This document shows, one piece after another, positions 25,815 through 38,702 of a DNA stretch of 64,000 nt (position 1 is the stretch's first letter; each line of letters opens with the position of its first letter). The position numbers and the translations under genes were made by a program. This DNA comes from Octopus vulgaris (lineage: Eukaryota): positions 48,670,001-48,734,000 of the forward strand of contig OX597825.1 in the NCBI GenBank assembly GCA_951406725.2, given 5' to 3'. The notes below the pieces were generated by a model. It was given only the letters and a program-made list of their open reading frames with translations. It did no database searches and had not been told where the DNA came from.

Positions 25815-27290
25815 CACACACGTATGTACGGAGCAAATAATTCAGGAGAAAATATACTTGCAAAGATATTGAGTCTATTATTATCTAGTGTAACAGTTGA
25901 ACACGTTAATAACACAATCAGTAATATAGGCAATTGCAGGTCCCCAAAAAGCATTAAATAGTTGAAGGATTAAAATTAGTCAAAGGACATACTAAGTATA
26001 TCCTTTGATTAATTTTAATCCTGCGCTATATATATATATGTTTGTGTGTGTGTGTATACATATGTGTGTGTGTATGTATGTGTGTATATGTATATATGCG
26101 CGCCTTATATGTACGTATATATGTATCTATATGTATATATGCATGTATATATGTCTATGTCTATATAAGTATGTGTATATATATATATGTACACACTCCT
26201 CTTTTTCCCTTACCTCTCTATCAACATAACTATATTAGAAACTAACTTCAATTCAATAATTTCTAATTTTATGTTTTTAGATCTTAGTTTTTTTAATTTG
26301 TAATTTTAAATTTAAGTTTTAAATTTTAATTTTCAAAATTAATTTTGAATTTTAGGCTTAATCCTTTATCCTATATCAATTTAATGGCTATGAAGCTTGA
26401 AATACAATTTTAAATATCTGCACCAAACTATTGTCATTATAACCTTATCTAGATTAGCCTTCCAATCCCACACTAACCCTCATACAATATTGACATATCT
26501 TTATCGCTACCTTTACTTTTATTTATTTACTTTTTATCGTATTATTCTTTGTTACCTCTATCTTACTTCATTTTATTTTTATTCCCATTCTCCTGTCTCC
26601 CATACACGCTCATTCACAAAACCCATTTAGGATATATCTGTCATTACCTCATCTTTTATCTTTTTCTTCTTCTTCTTCTTCTTATTTAATTTTTATTATT
26701 TTCTATCTTGATTTTATTATTTTTCCCTTTTGCCATCTTTTAATCCTTTCTCCTATCACTGTTTCTCTCTTTCTCCTCTCTCTTTTTCTCTCTTACACCC
26801 ACTCACAAAATCCATTTATATCCATCATACATTCTCGTCCCATATACACATTTACAGTATGAATACATCATTCAGAACATTGCCAAAATATTGCCTGGTT
26901 TTACCTGGGATTTTAACTAAAAACGAGTACGTTCATGGAAGTACCGACCAACACCCATATCCTCTGGGAAAAGATGAGTTGTGAACATTTTTCTCCTGCC
27001 TATTTTCTTCTAACTACTTTTACTCCTTATTCTTTTATTTTAATACTTTATTCTTCTATTTTATTCTTTATAAACTGCGAATTGTATTACTTGTAAACTG
27101 TAAATTTTTCCAGTCTAAAATATTCATACCTTCTCTCTGATGATGGAATAATCAGTGAACGGACATGCTAACCAACCAATTGAGTTAGCCCAGAAACAGC
27201 TATAAGAATTCAAATTCACCTTACCCTAATTAAATTATTCTAAATAACTTGAGATGCTCGTTCTGCCTTGTTTTTGATTTTTTCTCTAAT
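25245..27290 (+). mobile_element. Penelope-like element 3' part (GIY-YIG remnant and pLTR with HHR)
   Basis: NVVYKC...YTGSTITFKERYSAHINSFKYEDHSKSTSLA at ~25360-25510; HHR at 27133-27208. Confidence 0.7.
27133..27208 (+). ncRNA. Type I hammerhead ribozyme motif (slightly degenerate) in a PLE pLTR
   Basis: ctct-CTGATGA-tgg...cca-GAAA-cagcta-TA-agaa. Confidence 0.65.
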
Positions 27291-27336
27291 ATAATATAAT
27301 ATATAATAAAGTAATATAATAATATAATGTTATATA

Positions 27337-27455
<119 letters not shown>

Positions 27456-28289
27456 GCATGCGTGCATACATACATACACACATACATACATACATACATA
27501 CATACACACATACATACATATATATATACATGTATGTATGCATCTATATATACATACACACATACACACACTTTCACATCTGTAATCCAAAATACTAACA
27601 TAAACGAGTTTTGAATTTTTTCACACTTCTCTATATCTTTCAACCATTGTTTTCTGTTTGTCTGTCTCTTCATTTATCTATTTATCATTCTACCCATGTA
27701 TCTAGGTATCTACACACTAATATCTGCATAAAGTACACCCCAAATACACGCACACACACACGCACACATATGTATATACATACAGATACATACACATACA
27801 TATGCCTACATGCACACATATATATACATAAATATACACATAAAACAGAATCAAGCACCATGACTAGATTATGAGCGATACCAAGTGAGCAAATTCAATG
27901 AAGTAAAACGATTTTATTAAGAACGATCCCGGGTATAATAATATATAAAGCAATTATTACAGTTGTGTCAACGAAATCATATAACTCAGTTTATCATAGC
28001 TTGAAATATTTTATGAAGCAATGTTAAACAATGTTCCGTTTGTTCTTAACAAGACAAATGTATTCGGAACTGTAAGAAAATAATTGAATTACGATAGATC
28101 AATATAATATTGTTTATTAAGGTAGCTAGAAAGAATATACATGAAATCAAATACACTGGATGTGGCTAAGAAAATTGTTAGAAAGAATCGATTATACTTT
28201 TTAACGAAATTACAACTTCATAATTAATTTCTTAAAGTAGCAGAAACACTAATAAGAATGTGTTGCGTTAATGCAGCACCGTCATGACT

Positions 28290-28400
28290 GTCATCATCAT
28301 CATCATCATCATAGTCATCATCATAGTCATCATCGTCGTCATCATCGTCGTCATCATCATCATCCTCATCATCATCATCATCATCATCATTGTTATTATG
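28290..28400. repeat. (TCA)n microsatellite
   Basis: Direct inspection. Confidence 0.9.
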
Positions 28401-28413
28401 ATTATTACCATTA

Positions 28414-29335
28414 AGGCGGCGAGCTGGCAGAAACGTTAGCACGCCGGGCAAAATGCGTAGCCGTATTTCGTCTGCCGTTACATTCTGAGTTCAAATTCCG
28501 CCGAGGTCGACTTTGCCCTTCATCCTTTCGGGGTCAATAAATTAAGTACCAGTTACAAATTGGGGTCGATATAATCGACTTAATCCGTTTGTCTGTCCTT
28601 GTTTGTCCTCTCTGTGTTTAGCCCCTTATGGGTAGTTAAGAAATAGGTATTTCGTCTGCGGTTACATTCAAATTCTGCGGTTCAAATTCTGCCGAGGTCG
28701 ACTGTCATCCTTTCGGGATCGATTAAATAAGTACCAGTTACGCACTGGGGTCGATATAATCGACTTAATCCGTTTGTCTGTCTTTGTTTGGCCTCTCTGT
28801 GTTTAGCCCCTTGTGGGTAGTAAAGAAATAGGTATTTCGTCTGCCACTACGTTCTGATTTCAAATTCCACCGAGGTCGACGTTGCCTTTCATTCTTTCGG
28901 GATCAATAAATTAAGTACCAGTTGAATACTAGGTTCGATGCAATCGACTGTCCCCCTCCCCAGAAAATCCAGACCTTGTGCCTATAGTAGAAACTTTTAT
29001 TATTATTATTTCTAAGGCGGCGAGCTGGTAGACTCGTTCACCCGTCGATACGTTCTGAGTTCAAATTTCGTTGAGGTCGATTTTACTGTTCATCTTTTCG
29101 GTGTCGATAAGTTAAGTACTGTGGTCGAAGTAATCGACTCGTACCCACCCTCAAAATTGCTGTCCTTTTGGAAAAATTTGAAACCATTTTGATCATTATT
29201 ACTATGAAGGTGGTGATCTAGTAGAATCGTTATCAATTCGGAGAAAATGTTTAGCAGTATTTCTTCCCCCTCCTTATATTCTGAGTTCGAATTCCGCCGA
29301 GGTTGACTTTACTTTTCACCCTTTCGGGATCGCCT
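28414..29335 (+). mobile_element. Cluster of tRNA/CORE-like SINEs (family C), including a ~185-bp internal triplication
   Basis: Heads ggcggcgagctggcagaa; repeated gagttcaaattccgccgaggtcgactttgcc...tcatcctttcgggg; unit gtatttcgtctgc recurs at ~28463, ~28647 and ~28832. Confidence 0.85.
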
Positions 29336-29409
29336 GCCACAATTCAGGCATTGTGCCTATAGTAGAAGGAATTATCATTATTCGAAATTTCAGGCAGACA
29401 TTTGCAGCA

Positions 29410-29815
29410 ACCCCTGCTACGTCGTCGTGTCACTGAGGTGTGTTTATAACATTCTGTGTTCTTGTTTTTTGTTATTGGGGAGGTACAAACTCTTCCCGGT
29501 ATTGCATTGCATAAATTTGTTTTGATATCGGGTTTGATTAGAGTCTTTTGTTGTATCAGTGTTTTGTGTATGCAATGCAAGTTGTTCTGTTGGGTATCCG
29601 ACTTGTAGAGTTCATGCTGTGTGAGTTTATCTTTTTTTAAATTTTTGTTTTAGATATTTACTGTATAGAGTGTGTCTTGAGTTTGTGGATTGTTTTATTT
29701 AGTTTGTACTATTGAATTGACACGTCTTGCGAAAGATGCGAGCTGTTCCTAGCAGGGCTATTTTTGGGTTAGTGTTGAGAGCCCAGGTATAGCTTCTACG
29801 TTTTTGTTCATAAGG
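29410..29815 (-). mobile_element. 3' end of another R4/Dong-type LINE
   Basis: Minus strand encodes IPGLS...QKIALLGTARIFRKT, matching the C-termini of the LINEs at 20885 and 22951. Confidence 0.65.
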
Positions 29816-29829
29816 TGTTTCCTTGAGGT

Positions 29830-30620
29830 GGTGTAATCGCCGCTTATTAAATGGAACTCGTCTCTTTGGCAGAACTGTAGTCTTGAATCAAGCGTGGAGC
29901 GAGACAGGGTAACAGGTACTTTGAGTGATGCTAGGTAAACATAGCCCTCTGTCAGTCAAGCATAGCAGTTAGTGGATGCTTCACCATAGCTTCTTTAAGA
30001 GGATTAGAAGTGGGTAATAATGACACAGACCCCAAGAGATGAACATCAATCGGCTGGTCTCTTTCTGCATGTTCATGCGGTTATTCGCGCTTGTACAGTG
30101 CTCAAGCATTGCTGACTTATAGAATTACGTCGGATAACTGAAATCATGTATAAAACGTATCCGGCTATCGGTAGATTCTATCGTGAACATCGCCCGCCAC
30201 TTCTTTGTGGCAGCGAGGGGCATGCAGTTTTCTTCTGTATGTTGGCTATGGTGAAAAGATGTGTGGTTGACGCGGCTGAAAGATTGAAGCAAACACCTTC
30301 CTTTTCAGCAAAGATCTCAACAAATTTTCCATGAAAATGGTAGAAAGAGAGGTGTTGTTCCTCAACCCAGTAAATTTCTAAAATGGTGAATGTATCTAAC
30401 ATGGATGGCACCTGTAGCCTGATGATCACGGAGAGGATTTCTAGCCATGGTACTCTTGATAAAGGGCTTGCTTGGGATTTGAGTTGTTCCTTGACTTCTC
30501 CAGGATGTCTTTCCTGCCCTATTGGGAATTTTTTAAGGATTTTTTGTCACATATTATCATTCTTTATCCCTTGTCTTTGAATTGCAATAAGTGTTTTTTT
30601 GCAGCCTTTGTGGTCAACAA
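29830..30620 (-). mobile_element. Decayed Penelope-like fragment (GIY-YIG region)
   Basis: Minus-strand motif VIRRNS..KSAMLEHC. Confidence 0.4.
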
Positions 30621-30624
30621 AGTA

Positions 30625-30659
30625 TTCTTCTTCTTCTTCTTCTTCTTCTTCTTCTTCTT

Positions 30660-30757
<98 letters not shown>
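30625..30757. repeat. (TTC)n(TTA)n compound microsatellite
   Basis: Direct inspection. Confidence 0.95.
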
Positions 30758-33012
30758 GGCCGCCATACTGTGAAGTAACGGAAATTGGGTGCTCTGTAAG
30801 TTGAAAAAGTTTTTGTAATCGTTTCGGCCTTCTAAGGCCCCATCTTTTCATTTCTGTTGTTACCATTACATTTCGGAGATTGTCTGAATTGTGCAGATAG
30901 TATTTTTATGTAGAAACACCCACTGTTTCGCAGGAAGTGCGCGTAAATAATTTTAAAATTTTAACTGCTTTCGGCAAAAACAAATATTTCGCAATTTTCT
31001 GCAATTTTTAAAGATGGCTGATAAAGAAGCCATTATGATGTTCGATAAAGGAACGCGCTCCTTGAGAAATTTTGAGATCAAGGAAAGAAATGAGAATATT
31101 ATCATCGAATGGCCTAAATTTAATGACGTTACCGGGGCGAAAAATATTTCGTCTCTAAGCAACGTCAAAACTTCAGGGGTCGACAAAGAGAACAACAACA
31201 GCAACAGCAGCAGCAGTGACATCAGCAGCAGCAGTGACAGCAGCAGCAGCAGCAGTAGCAGGAGTAGCAACAACAACAATAAAAATAAATAAAACATAAA
31301 AATGCAAATTTCGCACCTGTTTCTTTTGCGTCAGTGGCGAGAACTATGAAGTGCTTCCACATAGATGAAGAAGAATTAAAATTTGCTAGAAAAATTGTTA
31401 AAAGAGATGGAAGAAGGGTAGCTCTAAATCCTTCATCAGACGTGATAGAAAATATCGCAAGATGTACGGTCACATACCATTGCATCAGAATCAGGTCTCG
31501 GTGGGTGGAAAATGCTCCCGAGAGCGAAGTACAAAAATGCCTTGGGCGCGTGTCGTAACAAAAGACCCACATCACATGAGGAAAGAAGTTTGGAACCTTT
31601 GAGGTGAGATTTAGGACGGAATAAGAAGCTCGATGCTATTCCGCAATCACTTTGAAGAATGACAACTTTTCTTAATCCCCAGCTAGCGTGGCCAACGTCT
31701 TTCCATGGTTAGGGTGCTGAATGTGCTACCAGAAATATCAATTACCTGGTTAGTGGAACCGTCCTTGGCAGGTTTAGAAGATACAATACTGGAAGTCAAG
31801 AAACTACCTAAGCACAACTGCGGAAGCTGGATGTTTCGAGGGGCATCCCGCGGGAACTGAGATGCGGAATGTTCGTATCGGTGTATACGGACGACGTCAC
31901 TGTGATAGTGTCGGACATCTCGGAAATAGAGATAGTCAACACTCCCCTAACGGAATACGAAGCGGTGACCCAGGAGAAGTCAGTGGACCTGCAGCTCGGC
32001 ATCTGGAGAGGCATGACCATGCCAACCGACAGTGTTGTGGGGCGTTGGATGGAAGGACCTGTTACATTACTCATGGTCTGGTTCGGTCCGGATCGAGGTG
32101 ACAGACAGGGTGGCCAATTTCACCCAGAAATAGGCCGAGAGGAAGCTGTCCATGAGAGGAGATTGGTGGAGAGCAAGAGCGATGACATACGCGGAGAGGA
32201 CCTGGGTGTCGAGGGGGATCAACTGGCTGGTCTCTTCCGGAGGACTTTCGGACCGGGAACTATGGATACTTCCAGAAATCCCTGGTCTGGCCGTGTTACC
32301 TGGGGGCGCTGCCTGTTCGAGATGAGCTCTACAAGAACGGGTATGCAGTCAGTTGGGTTTGTGCGAGATGCATGGGAAGCGATAAAACCGTTCTACATGC
32401 TCTCCGACATTGTCCGTGCATTGCTGACTTGTGGAGCTTTGTAGAACAGTAAGTGTCACGTGTAGGACGGATCCGGCTATCGTCTGAGTCCATTGTGAAG
32501 ATCGCCCCGCCTTTTTCCTTTGGCCAAGAAGGGAGGGCATTTGCTCTCTATCCGGTGGCTATGACAAAAGAGGTTGTGTGGTGGATGCGATTGAAAGAGT
32601 TGAAGACGAGTACTTTCCTCTTTAGCCCAGGCCTATTGAATTTTTCAGATTCTACCAGAAAAGGAAAGTGAGGCTAGAGAGGGTGGTACTATCACCCAGT
32701 AGGTTCGTTGAAAGGTGGATGCATGTGGAAATAATGGCCCGCTTGAATGGGCCTACTCTAAGTGAGCACCCGCAGGTCGGATGGAACGGAGAAGAGAAGG
32801 GTGCCTTCCTGAGGAGCCACTGATGTTAAGGGGGCCGAAGGGCGTGAGGTCTCTTTTGGTCACCTTAAGGGAAACTTCCTTTTACTGGTGAAGCATATTG
32901 TTGATTTAATCATTTTGTTAATTGTTGTGTTTGTTTTCTGTTTACAAGCTTAACCTTACTGTCCCTCGTCTGTGTATCACCTACTAGGTTTTATGTTTGA
33001 CCAATAAATAAA
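30758..33012 (+). mobile_element. Internally deleted Tx1-like LINE between (ATT)n tracts
   Basis: ORF1 piece ALNPSSDVIENIARCTV; RT YTDD and post-RT motif LQLGIWRG...GPVTLLMVWFGPD shared with 47678-48130; AATAAA at the 3' end. Confidence 0.8.
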
Positions 33013-33026
33013 GTATTATTATTATT

Positions 33027-33420
33027 GAGTGAGAGAGCAGTGCATGCCATCAAAGTGACACTGGGGTAAAATATACGAGCCAATATACCCATCATGACTA
33101 CCCGTCTGATAAGGGTACACAGGACATGCATCACAACCATATGGCCGACATGGTGGTCTCATATCAAGTAAGCACGACCCGGTGGCCCAGTTAGAATTTT
33201 CTTCAGGTTTAGTAGCCCATCCCGCTCAAAAGGTCCCTGAATAAGGGTTGTTTAGGATGTTGAAAGAACCACCATGTTTGAGGTGAATTATTCAAACCCC
33301 AAAGAACCTCTCAACACATGGCTATGATTCACTATTGTTGATGAGATGACATTCTACCTAGACATGCTCAACTGGTTATGGTCAAGCAACTGACAACAAA
33401 TCTGTGGTATTGAGCAGAAT
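33027..33420. repeat. Unclassified ~400-bp element between (ATT)n tracts (possibly a non-autonomous retroelement)
   Basis: Non-simple block bounded on both sides by (ATT)n; no coding motif recognised. Confidence 0.35.
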
Positions 33421-33421
33421 A

Positions 33422-33670
<249 letters not shown>

Positions 33671-33799
33671 ATACTTGCTGCGGAATGCATCGGACGTGTT
33701 TTCGAACGCTCCAAGTATGTCCAGTTCAAAGTATTTATTTACTCCAGGATTGGTGTTGTTTTGCAATATTTATTTTATCCCAAGTTGTGAATAGAAACA

Positions 33800-34870
33800 C
33801 AGGAACCTGTTACTGGTATTCTATGGTTGTTTAACCCCTAGAGCGGCCATATTCGTCCCACCAAGTAATTTCGGTGGGTGTTTAATTTAATTGAATCAAA
33901 TATTACTCAACAAGATGGCCAAGCGTATCTTGAAAGTGTTGGGGAAAAAAATAAAACAACCCTTCCTTTGAATATGGTAACTGTTGAAGATTTTACTCCC
34001 CTTCCCACCGTTACTGGCTACAATGCAGGAGAAGGGGAAGAGGAGAAGAACAATACTATCACGGTACAAAGTCCACCTAACAACAAGAACAACAGTAGCA
34101 GAAACAGCAACAGCGGTAATAACGATAACAGCAGCAGCCGCAACAGTCACAGCAGCCCCAGCAGTAGTAGTAGTGACAGCAACATCAGCCACGAAGAAGA
34201 CAGCAACTGCAGCCGCACTACCGATAGCGACTACAGCAACAACTAGAGCAAAAGTGACAACAACAACAACAGCAACAAAACCAGTACCAACAACATCAAA
34301 AAGAGCACCAACAACAACAGCAATGGCAGCAGAAGCAGCAGCAGCACCACCACCACCATCACCAACAACAACAGTGAGAACAATACCAACAACAGAAGCA
34401 CGTTTGCAGCAGCAGTAACAGCTCCCCGACTTCCTACGCAACCGCTGAACCTTGATGCGCATTCAGCCATCGGTCGATGCTCTCGGTGTCAGGGGTTGAC
34501 CTGCTTTCTCTTTTACGGGTCTTACGAATAGCAAAGGACCACGTTTCGGACTATTCCCATCTTGCGAGCTCTGGGACGAAGACCGTTCGCTCAACAGCAA
34601 CAGCAACAGCAGCAGCGAAGAAAAAGAAACAACGCTTTACTGTGGACGTCACAAATAGGGACCAGATGCTAATGCAAGCATGGGAACTAAACAAGAGAAA
34701 ACGTGGGCCAGTCTAATTATTCCGTCAGAGGCAATTGAAGCAGTGGAGAGGGGAGCGGTGCTTTTCAGATGCATCTTAGCAGGCGTGAAAATAGACTAAC
34801 TCTCAACAAAATTCAAGAGAGACCCGCGACCAAGTACTGTTCCAGTATTTGGGATGGTGCTGCTACGCAT
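33800..34870 (+). mobile_element. 5' fragment of a Tx1-like ORF1 with low-complexity (CAA/CAG) N-terminus
   Basis: PSEAIEAVERGAVLFRCI at ~34722-34775 aligns with ORF1 motifs at 31334-31558 and 5859. Confidence 0.55.
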
Positions 34871-36423
34871 GCACAGGCATACATTGTAGATCGCATTCAG
34901 AGAAGTGCTACTTGATTAATTGATATAAAACCGTTCATCAATGCACTTCAATCTCTCACTCACAAACATGATGTGTCTTCTCTGTCGTCTCTACAACAAC
35001 AATGATGTCCTCTGCTTCTTGGAACTAATTGATCTCTTGATACCTTACCAGGATGAATTCGAATTTATTCGTCTCCCCTTTTCTCCGCATCTATATTCTA
35101 TTTACCTGAAATCTAATACTCACCAGTCTCTGAGTCCCTTCTTCGCAGAAATCCAATCCTCTAGAATTTGCTTTATATTAATTTCAGTATAATTCCAGCT
35201 TGCAGTCTGCTTCATTTCAAACTTATGGATGATTACAACCTCCTTGCAAACAATATTGAATTGTCTATTGACAAGAGAAGATAACCATATAACATTAAAA
35301 ATCTAGGAGCTAATAAAAATGCTAGCTTTAATATTACACATATGTTGTGTAAATGTGAAAGTCAAGTATATCGCATGTTTAGATCGATCAGAATGAAACT
35401 TGATCTAGAATGACAGAATCTGAAAGGATAAAATGTAAGAAACTAATTGTATGAGCAGCAGATATGGGAGTATTCTGTCGAAAAATCATTTATATTCTCT
35501 CTAAAAGAAGGTAGAATAGAAATAACTAGAAAGTCAACATGACCGCTTCTATCTAATAGTTAGGTTCACATCAACTTCTGTTCTGTCGTTAAAAATCAAT
35601 ACTTAACACTATTTCTTCATTGCTTGAACGAAAAAGAGTAGGTTCATCTATGTAATTGGTCGGTGAAGACCTCAGTTTCGAGCAGGTTAATAATCACAGC
35701 TGACATTACATAATTACTTGAAATGAAATATTTGGATCAAATATGCATTCTAACACGCTCACAGCGATGCCCTGTAGATTAAGTCACGTGACCTGCCTTT
35801 CACTTTCTCGACGGAGTTAAACATATTTGATTAAAAGCCACCCTAAGCACCATTATTGGCCTACCAATATACGAAGGCTGCATTAATAGAGGCTGCAATT
35901 TTGATTTACTGGCATAAAAAATTAGATTGCAACCCCACCACAGCCATATACACACATACACACGCAAACACACAAATCTACGTACACATGCAAACGCACT
36001 CTCATTCACATGCATATTACATACAAATTAACACTTACACACATACACACATACAATTACATGAATTGGTATCACATTCCGAACAACTATCAAAGTTTTT
36101 ATAGATAAGCTTAAGGATTGAAGAGAGGTGAGCACCATGGAGTTTATTCTGTCAGTGAATGGAGGAGGTAAAGAATAGGGGAGGAGGAGCGGTAGCCTTG
36201 AATTTGACAAGATATCCCTGACTAGTGATATTGATGAGTTTGATGTTCAATCTGAACTTAGATAGATCAATGTTTACAGGAAGAATGACGTGGATATTCC
36301 AGGAGTGGGAGGAAAATGGTCAGATGGTTTCCGGATTCTGAAATAAAAAGTAAACACAGAGAAAGAAAGAAAGAGTGTGTGTGTGTGTGGGTGAGAGAGA
36401 GAAATAGAGAGAGAGAGAGAGAT

Positions 36424-36474
<51 letters not shown>

Positions 36475-36574
36475 ATGCCATTTCAGTCATTTCCCTTCAG
36501 AAATAGACTGGTGTATATCAAGAAGATATTTTTGCTCAGTGCTGAGATCGTTTCTGTCGACTGATGGTAAGTCC

Positions 36575-37858
36575 GTTGGAATCTGATTAAATTTCACAAC
36601 ACTTAGTGTTTCACGTCACTCCAGTCTCTTACCAATCGGCCCAAGAAATCCACGAGGCCCGGTAGTTTTTCCGTCGAGATCTTTAATAAGATGGCGTAAG
36701 GAAAACTCATTTGCGTAGAGCTGACACACAAGCCAATGCAATGGCTTCTTCAGTTTATACTCCAAAAAATCTAATGGTGCCTCATTTTGGTCCTGTATTG
36801 ACTGTAGTACCATCGCAACCTATAATCCAAATAATTCAACAAAACATCGGAAATGGCTTTTGCAGAACCTGTTTTAACAGAAAAGCGCCCAAGATAGCGG
36901 GACTTAGGTTCTTCTATCAATGAAATGTGTTCTTGAATTGTTTTCTTACGAAATGCTTTGTTCACTTATGAGGGTTGTGTTTCACCTTCCATCAAAATAC
37001 ACAGCAGACAATGCTTTATGTGGCCTACCTACCCTAACTCTACGTACCCGCTGCAGGGATTTACGTTTTCTGGATTGTTCCCGCCTTTTTATTTTTCACA
37101 GATTTTAATAATGCTTGGTATTTATAAAGTTTAAGATTTTCAGTTTAACTGACTCAATCGTAACACAAGGGATGAATGCCTTTTGCCAAAGAAGAATTAT
37201 CTTTCTGCTACAATTTCGACAATTTGTTTAATTAAAGGATCTTTCTTAACTATATTCTTTTCTTTTTCTCGTTCAAATAAAACACATTTTAGTATATCCT
37301 TGTAAGTTGGCAAAACTCGCTCGTTAAGATCACACAGAGTACCAAATATTGGGCATTCAGTATCATGACGCGTTATTGGCTTATGAGTCATCATTAAATG
37401 TAAACAACACTGAATTTCCCACGATCATTAATTTTAATACAATGGCCTAAAGACAAGGTACAAAGCAGAAAACTTCACACGCGTACGACTTACGTCCACA
37501 CGCAACGACCGTTGCAGCAGCACCGGAGAGAAGTTCACACACCCGTTCTATTTATAGTCAATGCAGTACCTCAAGATATTAGTCAACTGTATTGAAACTT
37601 GGTATGCAACCTCTTAAGGATACTATATTTACTGTTTTGCATTCTGCTATGTAGAAATATGCATTTGTTACGGCTTATAATCCATGAAATCCAAACTTCG
37701 ATCAAAAATAGCGATTTTTAAGATATTCAATTGCGCTGTGGAGCTTGAAAAAATATTTAACCGCAAAGTTCTTTATACACCTTTCTTTTAACCCTAATTC
37801 TCAACAATATATCGATTCTTTATTACGAATTTCGAAAGTTGCATTTTTCACTCTACTC
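36575..37858 (-). mobile_element. DDE DNA transposon fragment, superfamily uncertain
   Basis: CDGT..NTG and KPLHWLVCQLYANEFSLRHL...DGKTTGP motifs on the minus strand. Confidence 0.65.
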
Positions 37859-37924
37859 TAACCTACAAGTATACAGCTGGGAAAAATGAGTTATACCTAT
37901 AATTCTGTGTCATACTGAATCTCC

Positions 37925-38038
37925 ATGGGAACTTTGTTAAGGGTACATCACGTGTTTGTGGAGTGCGGAGCCACTTGTACGTTAACTTCACGAGCAGGCT
38001 GTTCCGTTAATCGGATCAACTGGAACATTCGTTGTCGG
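37925..38038 (+). mobile_element. SINE family B fragment
   Basis: Reverse complement of 10175-10285. Confidence 0.7.
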
Positions 38039-38040
38039 AA

Positions 38041-38090
<50 letters not shown>

Positions 38091-38117
38091 ATATAAGGGT
38101 AGCAAAAAATTCAATAG

Positions 38118-38187
<70 letters not shown>

Positions 38188-38702
38188 TTTTAAGGTGTGG
38201 AGTGGAGTGAAAGCATTTGAAGAGGCCAGGAAGGCACAAGTAAGACTTAAAAGAAATCTAAGGAAGAATGTAACGATCGAGATGGTGAATGACAATGACC
38301 TTTTAGTGTGCACAATCTTTTCTTGGCCTCAAATCTCATCTGCGAATGCATGGAAAACAAACCTCCACCAAATATTCTGCCTATATGCCTGTGCACACAT
38401 TTGAATGCAGTGTATGCCAGAAGGTTTGAAAATCCAACGGAGGCATCAAGAGGCATTTTAAGATCCACAAATAGCAAAACTTATGTTCAGCTCTTGGTGG
38501 TCCAAATCGGAGGTGCAATCTATGTGGGTGTCTTTTCAGAACATTGTCTGGTTTAAAAAGCCTCATCAGATGCCATGATGGTGCTAAGATGTAGGTACAG
38601 GAGGTGGTCAAACTCTGCACAAGGTGTAGACAACTACTATGTATGTATGTATGGATGTATGTATGTATGTATGTATGTATGCATGTATGTATGTATGTAT
38701 GT

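Noticed and set aside
28414-29335. Possible tRNA gene cluster or CRISPR-like array
   Set aside because: No cloverleaf and no unique spacers; the units are diverged SINEs.
33878-34470. Mucin-like Thr/Ala/Ser-rich ORFs
   Set aside because: Low-complexity CAA/CAG sequence open in several frames and leading into a Tx1 ORF1 motif; no support for a host gene.
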